From the human T2T-CHM13v2.0 reference genome, Homo sapiens: a DNA stretch of 64,000 nt. The position numbers were made by a program, and so were the translations under genes. Positions 25,711 through 46,548 of the stretch are shown here, one piece after another. The stretch is taken from NCBI RefSeq assembly GCF_009914755.1, contig NC_060934.1. One strand, written 5' to 3'. Within the stretch, counting starts at the first letter, position 1; each line of letters starts with the position of its first letter. The notes beneath the pieces were generated by a model. That model made no database searches and was not told where the DNA came from. It saw only the letters and a program-made list of their open reading frames with translations.

Positions 25711-28639
25711 TTTCTTTTCAATTACTTTGGTATAGAACTTTGTCAAAAACATCCTGGAAATCTACATAATGATCTGGCGGGCTCCTTTTGGTGTTACTGG
25801 TTAGCACATTTCATGAATTACCAGAGCACACGTGACCAGGAATGCTACTTTTCTCCTTAAACGTTATTGCTCAACACATATGGCAAAAGGACTTAATGTT
25901 GCATTTCAGCAGGATACACTCACAATGGGTATCCTATTTATCATGGTCCCATGCTATACTAAAGCTCTCGTGGGTTAGAACTAAACATCTCTTTTTCAGC
26001 ATATCATTTTACTGTGACCTAAGCAGCTACTGAGAAAATTATCCGACTTATCATGAAAAGAATAAGTAATAGGAATAATTTTTTTCAAATTATTTTAGTA
26101 AAGTCGAAGGATATATGAGGAAAGCATCAGTGCAATATGGCTTTTCCAACTTGGCAGGGGCAGGTGGAATCTGTGATGAAATTGTTACCTTAAGAGATTG
26201 GCTTTCCCCCTTGCCTGGCCGTGCTTTTTGAAGTTTTTCATATACCACAAAATACATAATGAAGGGTAGTTCAATTTACTCTGAACCCCAGCTATATGGC
26301 CATGACATATTTAGAGGTGACTCTGGGATGCATTCTCAAATACAGTGCATGCTTTCTAAATTTACAGTCTGATTTATTGCTGCCAGTTATGACTGCCAAA
26401 TGCTTCTGACAGTGTGGCCAGTTTGTGGTGTCCCTAAAAATCATCAGCAATTTGAAAACATTAGCACCCGGCAATAGTCGTACTTCGCAATGATTGCCTG
26501 TATTTATCACCTTACTTTTCCAGGGTACAAACTGAAAAAAAAAATCAAGGAGGAAAATTAAACTTCTCTAGCAGCACGGAAAATACAGCATTGGAAATAA
26601 AATGCATCGTAGGAACTCAGCCCCTCCCTGTATTCTTTAAAAATTAAAATAAACAATTTAAACTCTGTGGCTTATGTGGCTACGTAGAAGAAAAATATTG
26701 TAAGTATGTATCTCTCCTCAAATACTTTTTATTTTGTCTTCACATTTGAAGAGTATTTTGATATTAGGATATTATGGTTATGTGTGGGACAAAAAATTGG
26801 GGAAAATAGTTCATTGCTTCATTCAACAAATATCTGCTATGTTCTGCTCTGTGGCAGGCACTGAACTAGTTCCTGGAAATGCAGGAGTAGACAAGAAAGG
26901 CTTGACTTCCATAGGGGTCTTGCAGTTTACTGAGATGCACAATTATGTTGTTACAATTGGGAAGAAGAGACGTGCAAGTCCTGGGCGACTACAGACAGCA
27001 AGGTAAAGGTACACCTCCCTGAAGAACAAGAGCAAATCTGAAACCTGAAAGATGGTTATGAACAAAGCACTGTGTAACATGGGGATTGGGAGAACATTCC
27101 AAGCCGAGAAAGGACAGCGGTGAAGGTTCCACATGGCGCCACCTTACAGGGATTTGCAGTGTGTGCAGCACCAAGGTGCTGGCCAGAAGGTGAGTGACAT
27201 CCAGGCCCTGCTCTGCTCTCCAGCTTGGACATCCCGGTGTGTCACTGACAACCCACCAAAGGACACAAAAGTAGCAGATGATTGCCAAGACAAGTCCTAT
27301 GAATGCATTGATTTGAGTCCAGGATAAACTGTTTTAACCTAAAAACTCTAAAATGTAGTGATTGAAATAATCTAGGAGGTTGTTTTCCCTGGCGTAACAT
27401 TATACGTGCATGTGGTCTAGGGCTGGTAGCATCGCTCTGCCACTTTCATTGTGTTGGCCAATCTCAATGAGTCCAAAGCTGCTCCAAAGGCGCTATCCCT
27501 TGGCCTTCTGGAATAGACATACAACCCGTGACACCACAGGCATCCCTTACATAGGGCAAGAAACACAAACAGCATGCATCATTTCTCACTTCCCATTGGT
27601 GATAACCTAATCATCACACGGCCACACCAAGACTCAAGGGAAGCTGAGAAGCATCTTCTCTGGCTGGCTGCCATGTGCTATCATCAAAGAGGGGAGGATG
27701 AAGGTTGGTGGACATCCAGGGGACTGTGCTACGAGGAAGGATGGTGGGGGCAAGGAGTGAGATAACGATGGAGAGGCAGGCAGGGGGCAGATCGTGAAAG
27801 GGCTTGTTTAAAGCAAAGGGAAGCCATGCTAGTGTTTTCAAAAGAGCAGTGACAGATTTATGGGTATCTGCTTGCAGAAAAGGCTATTACAGAGAAGGCT
27901 TGATTAGGGTAAATACAAGCTGAGGTTTCCTAGTGATTCTCTCTTTTAATTCTCAGATGTCCTTGTTTACCAACAGCCCAAATTCTGCATGCAGAACACA
28001 CCTAAGTCATAGAGTCTCCAAAGAAATTGCCTGGAAGCTCCGATTTTAATGGAAAGTTTTTCTGTAGTTGTGGATGGAAACCTGAGCTATCCTATATTAT
28101 GCAGCTCTACACTGTCAGTGACCTTGTGATGTGGCTCTGAGTTTTCACAAGGTCACCCAGGCCCGACAGAACACACAACCGAAGGCGCAGGGGTTGCGGC
28201 ACAGCACATCCGTACTTGTAGACATCGCGTGGCCCTGCGTCCTGGCAGGGCAGGGCAGAGAACAAAACCACTCTCAAGGCCGGCACAGTCCCACCAGCAG
28301 GCCCTTGGAGGAGCGTCAAATCCTGCCACAGACACAGGACCCATCTACATGGCTTCTTGGCCCTGAGGAGATGGGCTGCTGAAGCCAGCACCTCCAATTC
28401 TGTCTATAGTGGAAAACAGAGAGGCTGAGGACTGAATACCTGCTGTCTGAGTTGGTTCAATGTACAGGAACGGGACTTTAATTCAGGGAGGTGAGATGTG
28501 AGAAAGAGCAACTTCGAAAGTCACCCATCTCACACCTGTAGCCTGAACTTGACAATTCTACTCCTATAACAACAACAACCGCTGCAGCAACATTCAGATA
28601 CACCCACTGTGAGGCAGGTGTGTTCTCTCTCTCTCTGTA

Positions 28640-29318
<679 letters not shown>

Positions 29319-32300
29319 TATATATATTCAGTACATATACACAGTTGAATACATATGCATGTATATGTGTGTGTATATAGAAAGGTATTTCATCTTTCCT
29401 ATAACTCTTTGAGGAAAATATTATCATCCTCATAGAACTGATAAGGACACAGAGACCAGTGGTGCTGGGTGACTTGGCAGCAGAACTCAGGGCCAGAATC
29501 CAAACCCAGATCTGCTAACACCAAACACACACTCATTTCCCTGCATCCTGTCTTTTTTACGTCATTAAATAAAAAAGATTTATCAGTTTTCTAAACTTGA
29601 TCAATGAGAGAGTTTGGGGACATCTTCCTAAATTATACTAATATGTAAACATATCTATACCATCTAAAATGATTTTTTGCAAAACTCATCTAAATTTGCA
29701 AACAAGTCACTGCTATATCCTATAAAAAGTACATTAGAAACCTCTGATGTTCCAACTCTTGAAAAATGGCCTGTGGCAGCTTTAGGGCCTATGAGCTTGC
29801 AGGGTTCTTACCTTTATGGTTGACTCTCAAATCATTAGTTTTATGGTAGGACATAATTTCTTTAGGATTTCAAGGAATACGAAAAATACACTTAAGCCAT
29901 ATTAGTGGTTTTGACTTAATTAATTATAATAATTACTATCAATTGATTGATTAATAATGTTGGTTAATCAATTGTTAATTTCATTGAATAATTATCAGAG
30001 CAAAAACTTGAAATGGTGTTGAAACACAGAGGACTTATTTCATAAACATCAAACCTAAAGAGTATAGCTCAGCAGTTCACGACTAAGCCTCAAAGATATA
30101 AATCAGGATTTTCCCTGGCTTTGCAGGGAATGTCGCTTAAGTCAGGCTCTTGAGTTGCCTTTCCAGATCCTAAACTGCCCACCGTGAGGATTTCTGGGAC
30201 TCGTAGGAGTGTAACTGAAGACAAATTCTGATGCAAGAAAGGTCATATTCATCCTGAGGGAAAATTTGTTGTCCACACAATTCCACCGTTAAAAGACACC
30301 AGCATCTCGGCTGCCTCTCTGGGTCACAGCAAGGATGCTCCCACCCCTGTCTGTGCTGCCCTGTGACCACATGGTCCCGTACTGGTCACTCAGAGTGAGA
30401 CCTATCGTGGGGGCCATCCTGGCCACACATCTTAGATGAGTGTTTCTACACTTCTTTGATAAAGACAGTTAATTCCCAAGGAGGTTTTTGTTTTTACTTC
30501 TCTGTATGCAAAATGGAATGAATGAAAATATCAGGTTGACGTTCTGGCAAGTCATTTCCTAGGCAAGTGATCATCTAAGAAAAAATACCTTAGAAACTTA
30601 TTTTCACAGAAATTTGATCAGGTTTCCACAATCAGAAAATCATGGGTCTAGAGAAAATATCAGCGTTTTCAGTCATTAGTGTGTATATTTTATGTTCTTA
30701 TAATAAGCAGAGGTATAAATACAGACTAAGGCATCAAACTGAATGATGGTTTTCACTGCTGTAAATGGAACATTAGGGTGCTTTTCTAATTCCCTCTCTC
30801 TGCCAGGATTAAAATTTAAACGTGGGTCATAAAGAACGACAAAATAAACTTTATAAATATTTCTCTTACTTTTGCTCATGGGTAAACAAAGACGTAGAGA
30901 ATCAAGTGTTTATTCCCACAAGTGTATTGTAAATGAACACAGCATCCGCAAGCCCTGACTTGTCAACCATAAGGATAAGCCATTGTGGTCCATCACTCCT
31001 AAAGACAATAGTTGTTCTGACTGAAATCTGCATAAGGTGTAATAAATTTGATTTTTAATGTAACTTTTTTTTAGCTCCTGTACTTTTATTTCCGAAGACA
31101 TTTCAGTAAGTGACATCTTACCCCACGGCGATGGATTGGGAAACACAGAGAACAAAGATCCTAAGAATCTAAGATTTTTGTATTTTTTTAAATAACAAAA
31201 ATGGATTAATCCTGAAGAAACTGAAAAAAAAGGAGTCTTAGGAGGGAATATTAATGCGAGCATATTTTTGGCACATTAAAAACTCCAACGTACTAATTCA
31301 AGCACTGTTTACTTTTTGTATTTAACAGGATTGCTGTTTTCAAGGGAAAAAACAAGATATTTTCTGAGTGCCAAAAACTACTTACTCATGAAGTCTGAAA
31401 TACCATTATTAGTAGTAGTAATTCTTACATTTAGCATCTGTGAATAACTTCTTATACGAGAACACTATTTTGGGTCAGCTGAAGGCTAAAAATAATGAGT
31501 TGGCTTTCTGCCTTTGTGTATTGAGTCAAATAGCTGCCAATTAATATAATGGATTTTTTTCCTGTGATAAATTTCAGAAAGTGAGAACAAATAGTTGTTG
31601 GTGTTTCATAATTTCCAATGGAAAGAATATATTTCTCACAAGTTTAAAGACTGACTGCACTCTAAGTAACCAAACAATTACAAGAAGCTGCCGGTGTATT
31701 TCTGTGGTTTAGCAAAAGGGCCAAGTCGGAAGGAAAAGACATTCCCAGCATTTTCTAAAGCTAGATAAATACAGAAACGAAATATAGATGAAAGATGGAA
31801 CTGCTCTCTATAGCATCTGCCAGATTCCTCGACTTTTTGGCACACTGATTGAATTTGGCAAAGGTACCCAGTAGCAATCTTTTCCATTAAAAGGAGCAGC
31901 ATATACTTTATTTTACCATACTGTTTGTGTATTTTTGACCCTCCAAAACTCTCTTTTTTAGAAGGCAATTATTTCTACAGAGTTGGCTGCAATTATTTGA
32001 AACGGATCTTTTATCAACAAAAAAAGCTGCGGGACATAGCTACTGTTGAACAGATCCAAGGACCTACAGGTCGTCAGGAAAGCGTCTTTCTTTGAAACCA
32101 AAAGATGCTTCAACATGTGCCAGCATCATCTTATGCCAATCTAACGCTTTTGATATCCAAACCTATTTAAATTTGGAGGAATCCTGGACTGTTCAATTTA
32201 GGCAAGATAAGCTACCCAGCTCTGTCGTTTTCTTCTATTTGTGATCAGAAAAACTGTAACGTAGTCCAACATTCCTAATTTTGGTAACATGATGATGTTA

Positions 32301-34472
32301 AGAAAAGGAATAACTCTCCCGTCCAAAATCAAATTTTTGTGGAATCCAATACTTCTTAACCCTGAATTTTTTTCTGAGCTGGCAGTGATTCTATAGTAAA
32401 CTTCTGAAGATATATAAGTAACAATCTCTAAAAATATGACACGCGGCAGCAAGTATGAAGGCAATGGCTTCTGGCTTCACTCAACTCAGGAAAGAGAGGC
32501 TCACACCTGATAAGCTTTTTACGTAACTCAGAGGGAAATGACTTTTTGTTTTCAGATTTTATTAGTTTCTTCTAAACCAAACAAAAGCAAAAGATGAGGG
32601 GTGTTCACCTGTTGCTATGAAGTTTTTGAGTGCAACATTATGGTCAGATATTTGGTTTTTAAACAGCCCCAAATTGAGGCCTACCGTATAGCTGACAGTG
32701 ACTTGGAAATATTATTGTTACTAATGTTATTTGCCATCTAGTGCACTTTCTTAATCATTAAGTAGCAGCTAATTTAAAGCAGTGGAAGAGTATTAGCTTC
32801 ATGTGAGCGCCAGAAAAACGCTGTGGTTTAAACATAAAGTTGGGAGCCAACAGCGACAGATATAACATATAAAGATGTATAATTTGCCAAGTTTAAAATC
32901 CCCAAACCAACATGGGAATGCTTCACAGGTTTATATGTGCATAAAGTGAAGACTGTTTTGCACAGATTTAAAATGGTGAAGGAGCGTATCTTTTCTTAAA
33001 CTCAGGTTGACAGTATAATAGTACACCTCCTATAATCACAAAGTATTTGACAAAAAAGAGTCAACTGTTATTCTGTTTAAATTTCAGGATGCTAAATCCA
33101 TACCAGCAGTTGGCAGTAGCTGAGTCTGGAATATTTTCAAAAATATTATAAATAATTACCTTTCACATTAATAATTTACATCGATTTAACTCACAAAGCT
33201 TGCCTTATGAAAGAGTTCTTTAATAAAAATAAAACAATAATAATAAATAAAACCAGCCAAAGCTGTCAGCAAGAATTTGTCATTTTCACAACTGAGGTAA
33301 AATATTCTACAAGTTAAATATTGGGTAAAATGCCCTCTGTACATTTTTTTCTATTTTTATTGATCTATTTGTACATATTTACGTACATCTTTAAAACAAC
33401 TGCAATAACAACCTCATAATAAAAGCATATATTTGACTCTAAAACAGCCTAAATAACAGTGTGACAAAAGATAGTGAATATCAACTGACCTAAGAATTTC
33501 TCATGTCAGTTGGTTCAGAAATTTAAATTCTGAGTTGTCACTTTCGTGCACATCTTTTGGAGTGCCTTCCCAGCACATCATGAACGCCCTTGACTGCCTT
33601 TGTGTTCCACCTCCAATGGCAAGTCTTGGAAGCCATCTTGTAAAGTATCACATGCTTCATTGTCCACCACTGATTGGACAAGGGGGTGGGTACTTTTCTT
33701 AAACTGGGCCAATCAGCTTCCCTTGTCTGAGATTTTTGAACTGAAAATGGGGGTGGAGAAAATATGTGGCCTCCTTGGGTGGCTGGATACCTAGATCCAG
33801 GAGAAGCAGTAAAGAAAACAGTGGCAAAAGAGAGGAAGCCAACTGGCATAGAAAGAATAAAAGGAAACAAATAAGAAAAGTGGAGAGATGGCAGTTGGAA
33901 AAAAGATGCTAAAGGCTTTGGAGCTCAGCGCCTTCTTAGGGCTCTGCTGCTTTCTTGCCCATGGGAATTCTCTTTGGTGCATAAGTTTGAGTTATGAAGT
34001 AATTTATTGATTTATAGCAGATCCTGCATTGCATCTGTAGGACTTTGGATGCATCAGACTGTCGAGCTAAAGCTTCCCAGTCTTTAAAATGGGAGAGTAA
34101 TGCCTGCACCACAGGGGTACAGTGAAGATTAAATGAAATAAGGAATAAAGCACATAGGCCACGGGTGAATGCTCAGTAATTGATTGTTATTCTTTTTAAA
34201 ATAGATCAACCTGAAATACACATTTTGTAACATATATATGAGCTATTTATATTGACTATTTGCTAGTGTAATTATTAAGCCTAATATTCTAATATTGGAT
34301 AATTATTCACTTAATGGGTACTCCAAGTTATCTAATGAAATTTAAAATAAAAATGGGCTTGCTAGCAACTGTTATTACTATGATTATTTCCCTCTTTGTG
34401 GTAGAAAAAAGGTTTGTGAATGGATTCTTAATTCTTCCTGTTCCCTTAATCTCTCATCCAATCTGTAACTAA

Positions 34473-34850
<378 letters not shown>

Positions 34851-34905
34851 AGATCTGCTTCCAGTCTTTCTGATCCTGTCCCTATACACCTCCAAGAGTG
34901 ATCAT

Positions 34906-35133
34906 CTTTTTTTGTTTGTTTTTTGTTTAGAGAAAGGATCTTGCTCTGTCATTCAGGCTGGAGTATGGTAGTGCATTCACAGCTCACTGCAGCCTCGACC
35001 TCCCAGGCTAAAGTGATCCTCCCACCTGAGCCTCCTGAGTAGCTGGGACTACAGGTATGCACCACCATGCCTGGCTTATTTATTTTTATTTTTTGTGGAG
35101 ATAGGGTCTCCCTATGTTGCCCAGGCTAGTCCT
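34906..35133 (-). mobile_element. AluJ, 5'-truncated
   Basis: gctcactgcagcctcgacctcccaggctaaagtgatcctcccacc J-type motif. Confidence 0.85.
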
Positions 35134-36594
35134 CAGAAATTTTAGGCACATTCCTACCCTATGGCCGCTGAACAAACACTTTCCCTCTGGCTGCAAATTC
35201 TTCTCCTCACTTCATTCTCCTTAGTTAAGATGCATCTCTTCAAAGATGCCTTCTCTGACTTCCCTGTATAAAATGGGTTGTCCCTTCATTAGTCTTCATT
35301 TGACCCCCTTTGTTTCCTTTACAGCATTCAGCACACTTGGTAATTATTTTGTCCATTTACATGTTTTTGACCCGTCTCTTCTTAAATGGTTGAGAGGGTT
35401 ATGCGAGCCTTGGGCTTGCTCTCTCTTCCTGAATTCTGGGGATGGTGAATAGAAGGACAGGTCCTGCCCATGTGGAGAATCTCTACACTGTATCTTTATT
35501 TCATTTCTTTGAAAAAAGGGTGCCCTTGTGAAGAATGTCATTTTCTGGATAGACACTAAGCATACATGATCATTCTTGACCAAACTTTTCAAGAGATTGT
35601 GCCTCCAATTAGCAATACATATTTTCCTCTGATTACAATAAATTAACAAGCAATATATGGGAATGGAGTGGATAACTATTTTTCACAAATAGTTATCAAT
35701 CTTCTACCATTTGAAAGATTAATTTATTAAACAGAAAATTCAAAAACATATAAATGTCTTTAAGAACATTCTATAAAGCCATGGGCCATGTCCAGATCAA
35801 CTAAAAGTAGAAGCCAAAAATAATTCCCCACAGTAAAATCTTTAAATTTAAATATGCTGAAAGAAAAAGTCAAGTCAGATGATTGATTAAAATTCTGAAC
35901 AAACAAAATATTTATCCAGGTTTTATATCTGAACCCTCATCTGGCATGAAATCAATGGAGTAAAAATAATAATTTAATAATAATTACTAAAGCTAATTAT
36001 ACATATACCCTTTGATCCAGCAATTCTGCTCCTGGGCATATACTCAACATCAATCAGTGCTTATATGCACCAAAACACATGTCCAGAATGCTCATAGCAG
36101 CACTATTTTTAATAGACTCTTTTAATATATAGAGGATCCTAAAACAAAAGATTCATGTTCAAATTATCCTTCATAAATTTCTCAAGATGTTGGATAAGTG
36201 CTGTATGATTTGTAAAGAATGTCTGTGATTACATTTAAGGCCACATGTTATATATTCCCTAGAATAAACTGGAAACTTTTATCTAAAATAAATTAGAAAA
36301 CCATATCTGGAACAAATTAGAAACTGGTGTCATAGTTTATTTTTTTAAAAAATAAGCTGAAGCTGTTTACTGTGGAGTACAAAGTCTTAAAATAAAAACA
36401 GCCTATCTGCAACAAATCTGTGCATGAAAATCTTGAAGGTTTAGAAAAGATCGAGCTGAATCAATAGTAATGTACAAACCATTCCAGTGATCTATAAAAA
36501 TATACAAAGCTTGAATGCAATTGTAGCGGATGGTGTAGTGTACCACCCAGCATAACTGGGTAAAAAAGCAACTGGCTGATGCAGAGTGGCTCTA

Positions 36595-36940
<346 letters not shown>

Positions 36941-37084
36941 AAAACTTAGCACTGAAAATTAGGAATATTAATAGTCTGAAGATGCAATATACATAAAGAT
37001 TTGTTTTTTCAAAAAATCACAAAGAATCTGGTTTAAACTTGATATACTATAACCACTACTAGCAACAATGTTTAATTCTGCCCA

Positions 37085-37429
<345 letters not shown>

Positions 37430-37699
37430 CTAAAACTGAAAAGAGAAATGGAGCCCTTGGGATGGATTTTCAAAAGAGGATGTGGGAGTTCTAACAGGAA
37501 GGGCAGACATCATTCCACCATGAAGCAAGCAAACTCTCTGCCAAGTCCCCTTCCTTTTTGTGCTCTAGCCTATAAAGCAGAGTTTCTCAACCAGGCTCAG
37601 TCCTTCAGAAAAAACTGCAAGCATAGGAGTCCACACATATATGTGCATCTGGCACTTGAGCAATACCTTCCAATGGTGGTTCAGAGAGGAGCCTCTAAA

Positions 37700-37925
37700 C
37701 CCACGCTCCTTGAGTCCTTTTCTTATGACCTGGGTGATTTGGGGCAAGTTATTTAATCTTTATGAAACTCAATTTCTTTATCTGTAAAACTAAGATAATA
37801 AGTTTCCAACTCAATAGGTTATGGAGAAGATTGAATAAAAGACTCTGTGTAAATGTGCTTTTAGAATAAATGTCTGGCACACAGGAAGCTGAAAAAACAA
37901 AAACGATATGACTTCCATTATTATC
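37700..37925 (+). mobile_element. MIR
   Basis: gggcaagttatttaatct...tttctttatctgtaaaa core. Confidence 0.75.
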
Positions 37926-38180
37926 TAGCTCTTTTACTATACTTAGCTTTTCTTTTTCATTTCTTCTCACTTGTAGCTCTAAGAAGGGGAGGAAAATTTA
38001 TTTGGCTAGCGATGGGGTGGTGGCGAAGGAGTTGGATTTGACTTAGCAGAAGCAAGGTGGATCCATTATAGTGAAGCAGAGCTTGGATGAAGAAGACAAG
38101 CAGTCTATTAGCTCAGCCCCTTCTAGGCACATTCAATTTTTCCCAAGTGCTCCTGGATATTTTAGAAGTCAGCTGAATCA

Positions 38181-42721
<4,541 letters not shown>

Positions 42722-43306
42722 AGAAGTCAGCTGAATCACCTCAGAGGCAAAAGCATTGCCTAGAGCTCCCCAAGGAAAACTTAAAAAGAGAGGGAAAAAA
42801 GTGGCTTTAAAGAGTCATCCTCTAGTATAAAATTCAAGATGAGAATTCTTAATTCCTACTGAAGATAATCTGATTTTGCAAACTTCTCTATCATAGAGAA
42901 GCAAAGTGCTAAATAAATGTGAAAAAATAGTTCCTAATGGGTTTCATAAACAGAACTACTAAAGGGCAGCATGGCCAAGTGCAGTAATTTTCAATTCTTT
43001 TTAAAGTCGCAAAAGCTACTCTAAAATAGGAGCTTGTGCATGATTCTAATTTGTAAAACAGAAAAAGTAGCTGCTCTAATTGCAGTAGGTGAACCACCCA
43101 GCAAGAGCTCTGAGTACCAGTCCCTGATCTCTGTCAGGGGAACCCGAAGTTCCATGAGTCACGGTTTGAAATCTACTAATCAAATGGACACAGCACTAAA
43201 GTGAATATTACAATAATTTATGATGTCACATCATATATTGATGGTGTAGGTTTAGATACTTCACTAATTTGGGCCTTAGTTTCCTCGTCTGCGAACTGTG
43301 TGTTTA

Positions 43307-43750
<444 letters not shown>

Positions 43751-45835
43751 AATGAAAACCTTGGCTTTACCAGCCCTAACTTTCTATAAATTTATTCTCT
43801 AAGAGAAAATATCAAAAGAAAAGACTGCCTCATGTTAAGATGGAGTAACGGGGACTGGATTTACCTTCCTGTCTAAAATAATTTAAAAATGGAAAAAAAC
43901 TGTGAAACAACAACTTTCAAAATATTGGAAATCAGACAACAAAAGACAGTGATTCTTGAGAGAAGGAAAACAAAAAAGGTAAGCCCTAAGATTGACCCAG
44001 ACTAACTCCAGGGAGAATGTTTATAGGCTACAGCACAGGGAGGGAGAGCCCAGACAAAGCCTGACAGTCTGTCCGAGTTGAGGAGACAGAGCTGGAAGTC
44101 TGGGAGAACCACAGCCACTAGAGTCTTCAGGGCAGATAATGGAGATTGGGGAGTGGAACAGAGAAACCTGGGGTCTGCGGAAGGTGCCTCTTGAATATTC
44201 GGCTCAGTACTGCTTAGCACCTGTATGAGAAGAAACTGTTTGAGGGCAGGAAAAGAACCACCTGAAAAGATTAGAAGGAATAATCTTCTAAACTCCTGCA
44301 AGGGGAGGAACAGTGTCCGTCCACCACTCAGAGTGGAAGACTTCATAATGCACAGGGTATCAGGTAGAGTAGCCAGAGGTCTTGCCTCAGTAGTGGGAAA
44401 AAATTATCCCTACTCTAGTCTTGCTAACAAAGCATAAAAGTAAGAACTGAAAGGATCAAATTGTTTCAAAATAGCAATCTGATTCTTAGAACAAAGCTCG
44501 GGAATATTTATAGATATCCTGTTCCCCCAAAAAATAAAAACCCATCACTCAACATGTTAACATTCAAGGAATTGAAAGCAACCCAGAAATAATATTAGAA
44601 TTGGATTACATATGAGATTAGAAAAAGACTCAACATGTCAAGTAGAGACACGAAAGATGTGAAAGGAGATCCAAATGAAACGTCGATAGTATTGCAGATG
44701 TAAAACACACTAGATGGCAATAAAGGCAAATTAAACATTGCAGAAAAAAAAGTGAGCTTGAAGACAAAGAAAAAAATCCTAATTTAAAACACAGAAAGAA
44801 CAAAGTAAACAAAGTCTCAGGGAGCTGTGGGAAAACGTTTACCTATATTTTCACCAAATACAGGTGAAAGTGGCGTTTACAAGGACAGTAAAAAGAGAAC
44901 AGGATGTAAACATATTTGAAGAAATAATGGCTGAAAAATTTCTAAATATGATGAAAACCACAAGCCCACAGATCTCAGAAGCTTAGCAAAGTCCAAGCAC
45001 AAGAAACATGAAGGAAACTACACAAGGCCCATCATAATCAAATTTCTCCAAACCAGTGAAAATGATGAAATCTTAAAAACAGCCAACGCAAAAAGATACA
45101 TGACATACAGAGGAACAAACATAAGCATGATAACAGATTTCCTCTCTAAAACAATGCAGGTGATAATAAAATGGAGCACCATGTTTAAAGTTGGGAAAGA
45201 AAAGAAGTCAACATAAAATTCTATACCCAGCAAAAATATTTTTCAAAAACAAAGACAAAATAAAAAGTCTTTTTTAGATATATAAGACCTGAACGAATTT
45301 ATCATAAACAGAACTGTACTACCAGGAAAGTTAAAAGTCTTCTAGGCAGAAGGAAAATGATATCAGGAGAAAATCTGCATTTACAGAAAGGAATAAATAG
45401 CACTGGAAACAGTAACTATGAAGGTAAATAGAAAAGGCATTTTCCTGTGTATTTAAATCTCTGGGAAAGACAATTGTTTACAGTCAAAAACAAGAACAAT
45501 ACAGTTGAGCTTATAACACTTGTATGATAAAAATAGCATAAAAGTGGGGAGGGCAAAAATGGAAGCATATGGTTGTACAATTCTTAAATTATATGTTTAT
45601 ATGTATAACATTACTAGAACTTACATTATACTGAATTAAATACATATGCTATGAACTCTAAAGCAATCACTAAATGACAACACGGAATAATAACTAATAA
45701 GCCAAAAATGAGATAAAATGAAATGATAAAATATTCAAATAATCCAAGAGGAGATAGAAAAAGATGAGTAAAGAGAAAAAGCAGATGGGAAAAATAGAAA
45801 ACAAATAACAAGATGGTACATTTAAAGCTAACCGT

Positions 45836-46143
<308 letters not shown>

Positions 46144-46243
46144 CTAACCGTGTCAATATCACATTAAATGTAAATAGTGTAACCACTTCCCCTCCCAATA
46201 AAGGCAGAGGTTGTATAAAAGACTGAATAAAAAAGTAAGCCCT

Positions 46244-46548
46244 GGCCGGGCGCAGTGGCTCACACCTGTAATCCCAGCACTTTGGGAGGCCGAGGCCGGC
46301 AGATCACGAGGTCAGGAGATTGAGACCATCCTGACCAACATGGTGAAACCCTGTCTCTACTAAAAATACAAAAATTAGCTGGGCATGCTGGCACATGCCT
46401 GTAATCCCAGCTACTCAGGAGGCTGAGGCAGGAGAATCGCTTGAATCCGGGAGGTGGAGGTTGCAGTGAGCCAAGATCGTTGTCACTGCACTCTAGCCTG
46501 GCGACATGGCGAGACTCTGTCTATAAATAAATAAATAAATAAATAAAT
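46244..46548 (+). mobile_element. AluSc-like with (TAAA)n tail
   Basis: gatcacgaggtcaggagattgagaccatcctg diagnostics; TSD aaaagtaagccct at 46231-46243 and 46549-46561. Confidence 0.92.
46399..46520 (-). CDS. ODAD2: Candidate Alu-derived alternative ODAD2 exon ([40 protein letters not shown] + 2 nt)
   Basis: Antisense Alu right arm; acceptor (TTTA)n-TAG|ACAGAG, donor CAG|GCatgt; 122 bp, stop-free in phase 0. Confidence 0.55.

Noticed and set aside
29910-29995. TAAT-rich quasi-palindrome
   Set aside because: Low-complexity AT sequence with an imperfect stem; no other support.
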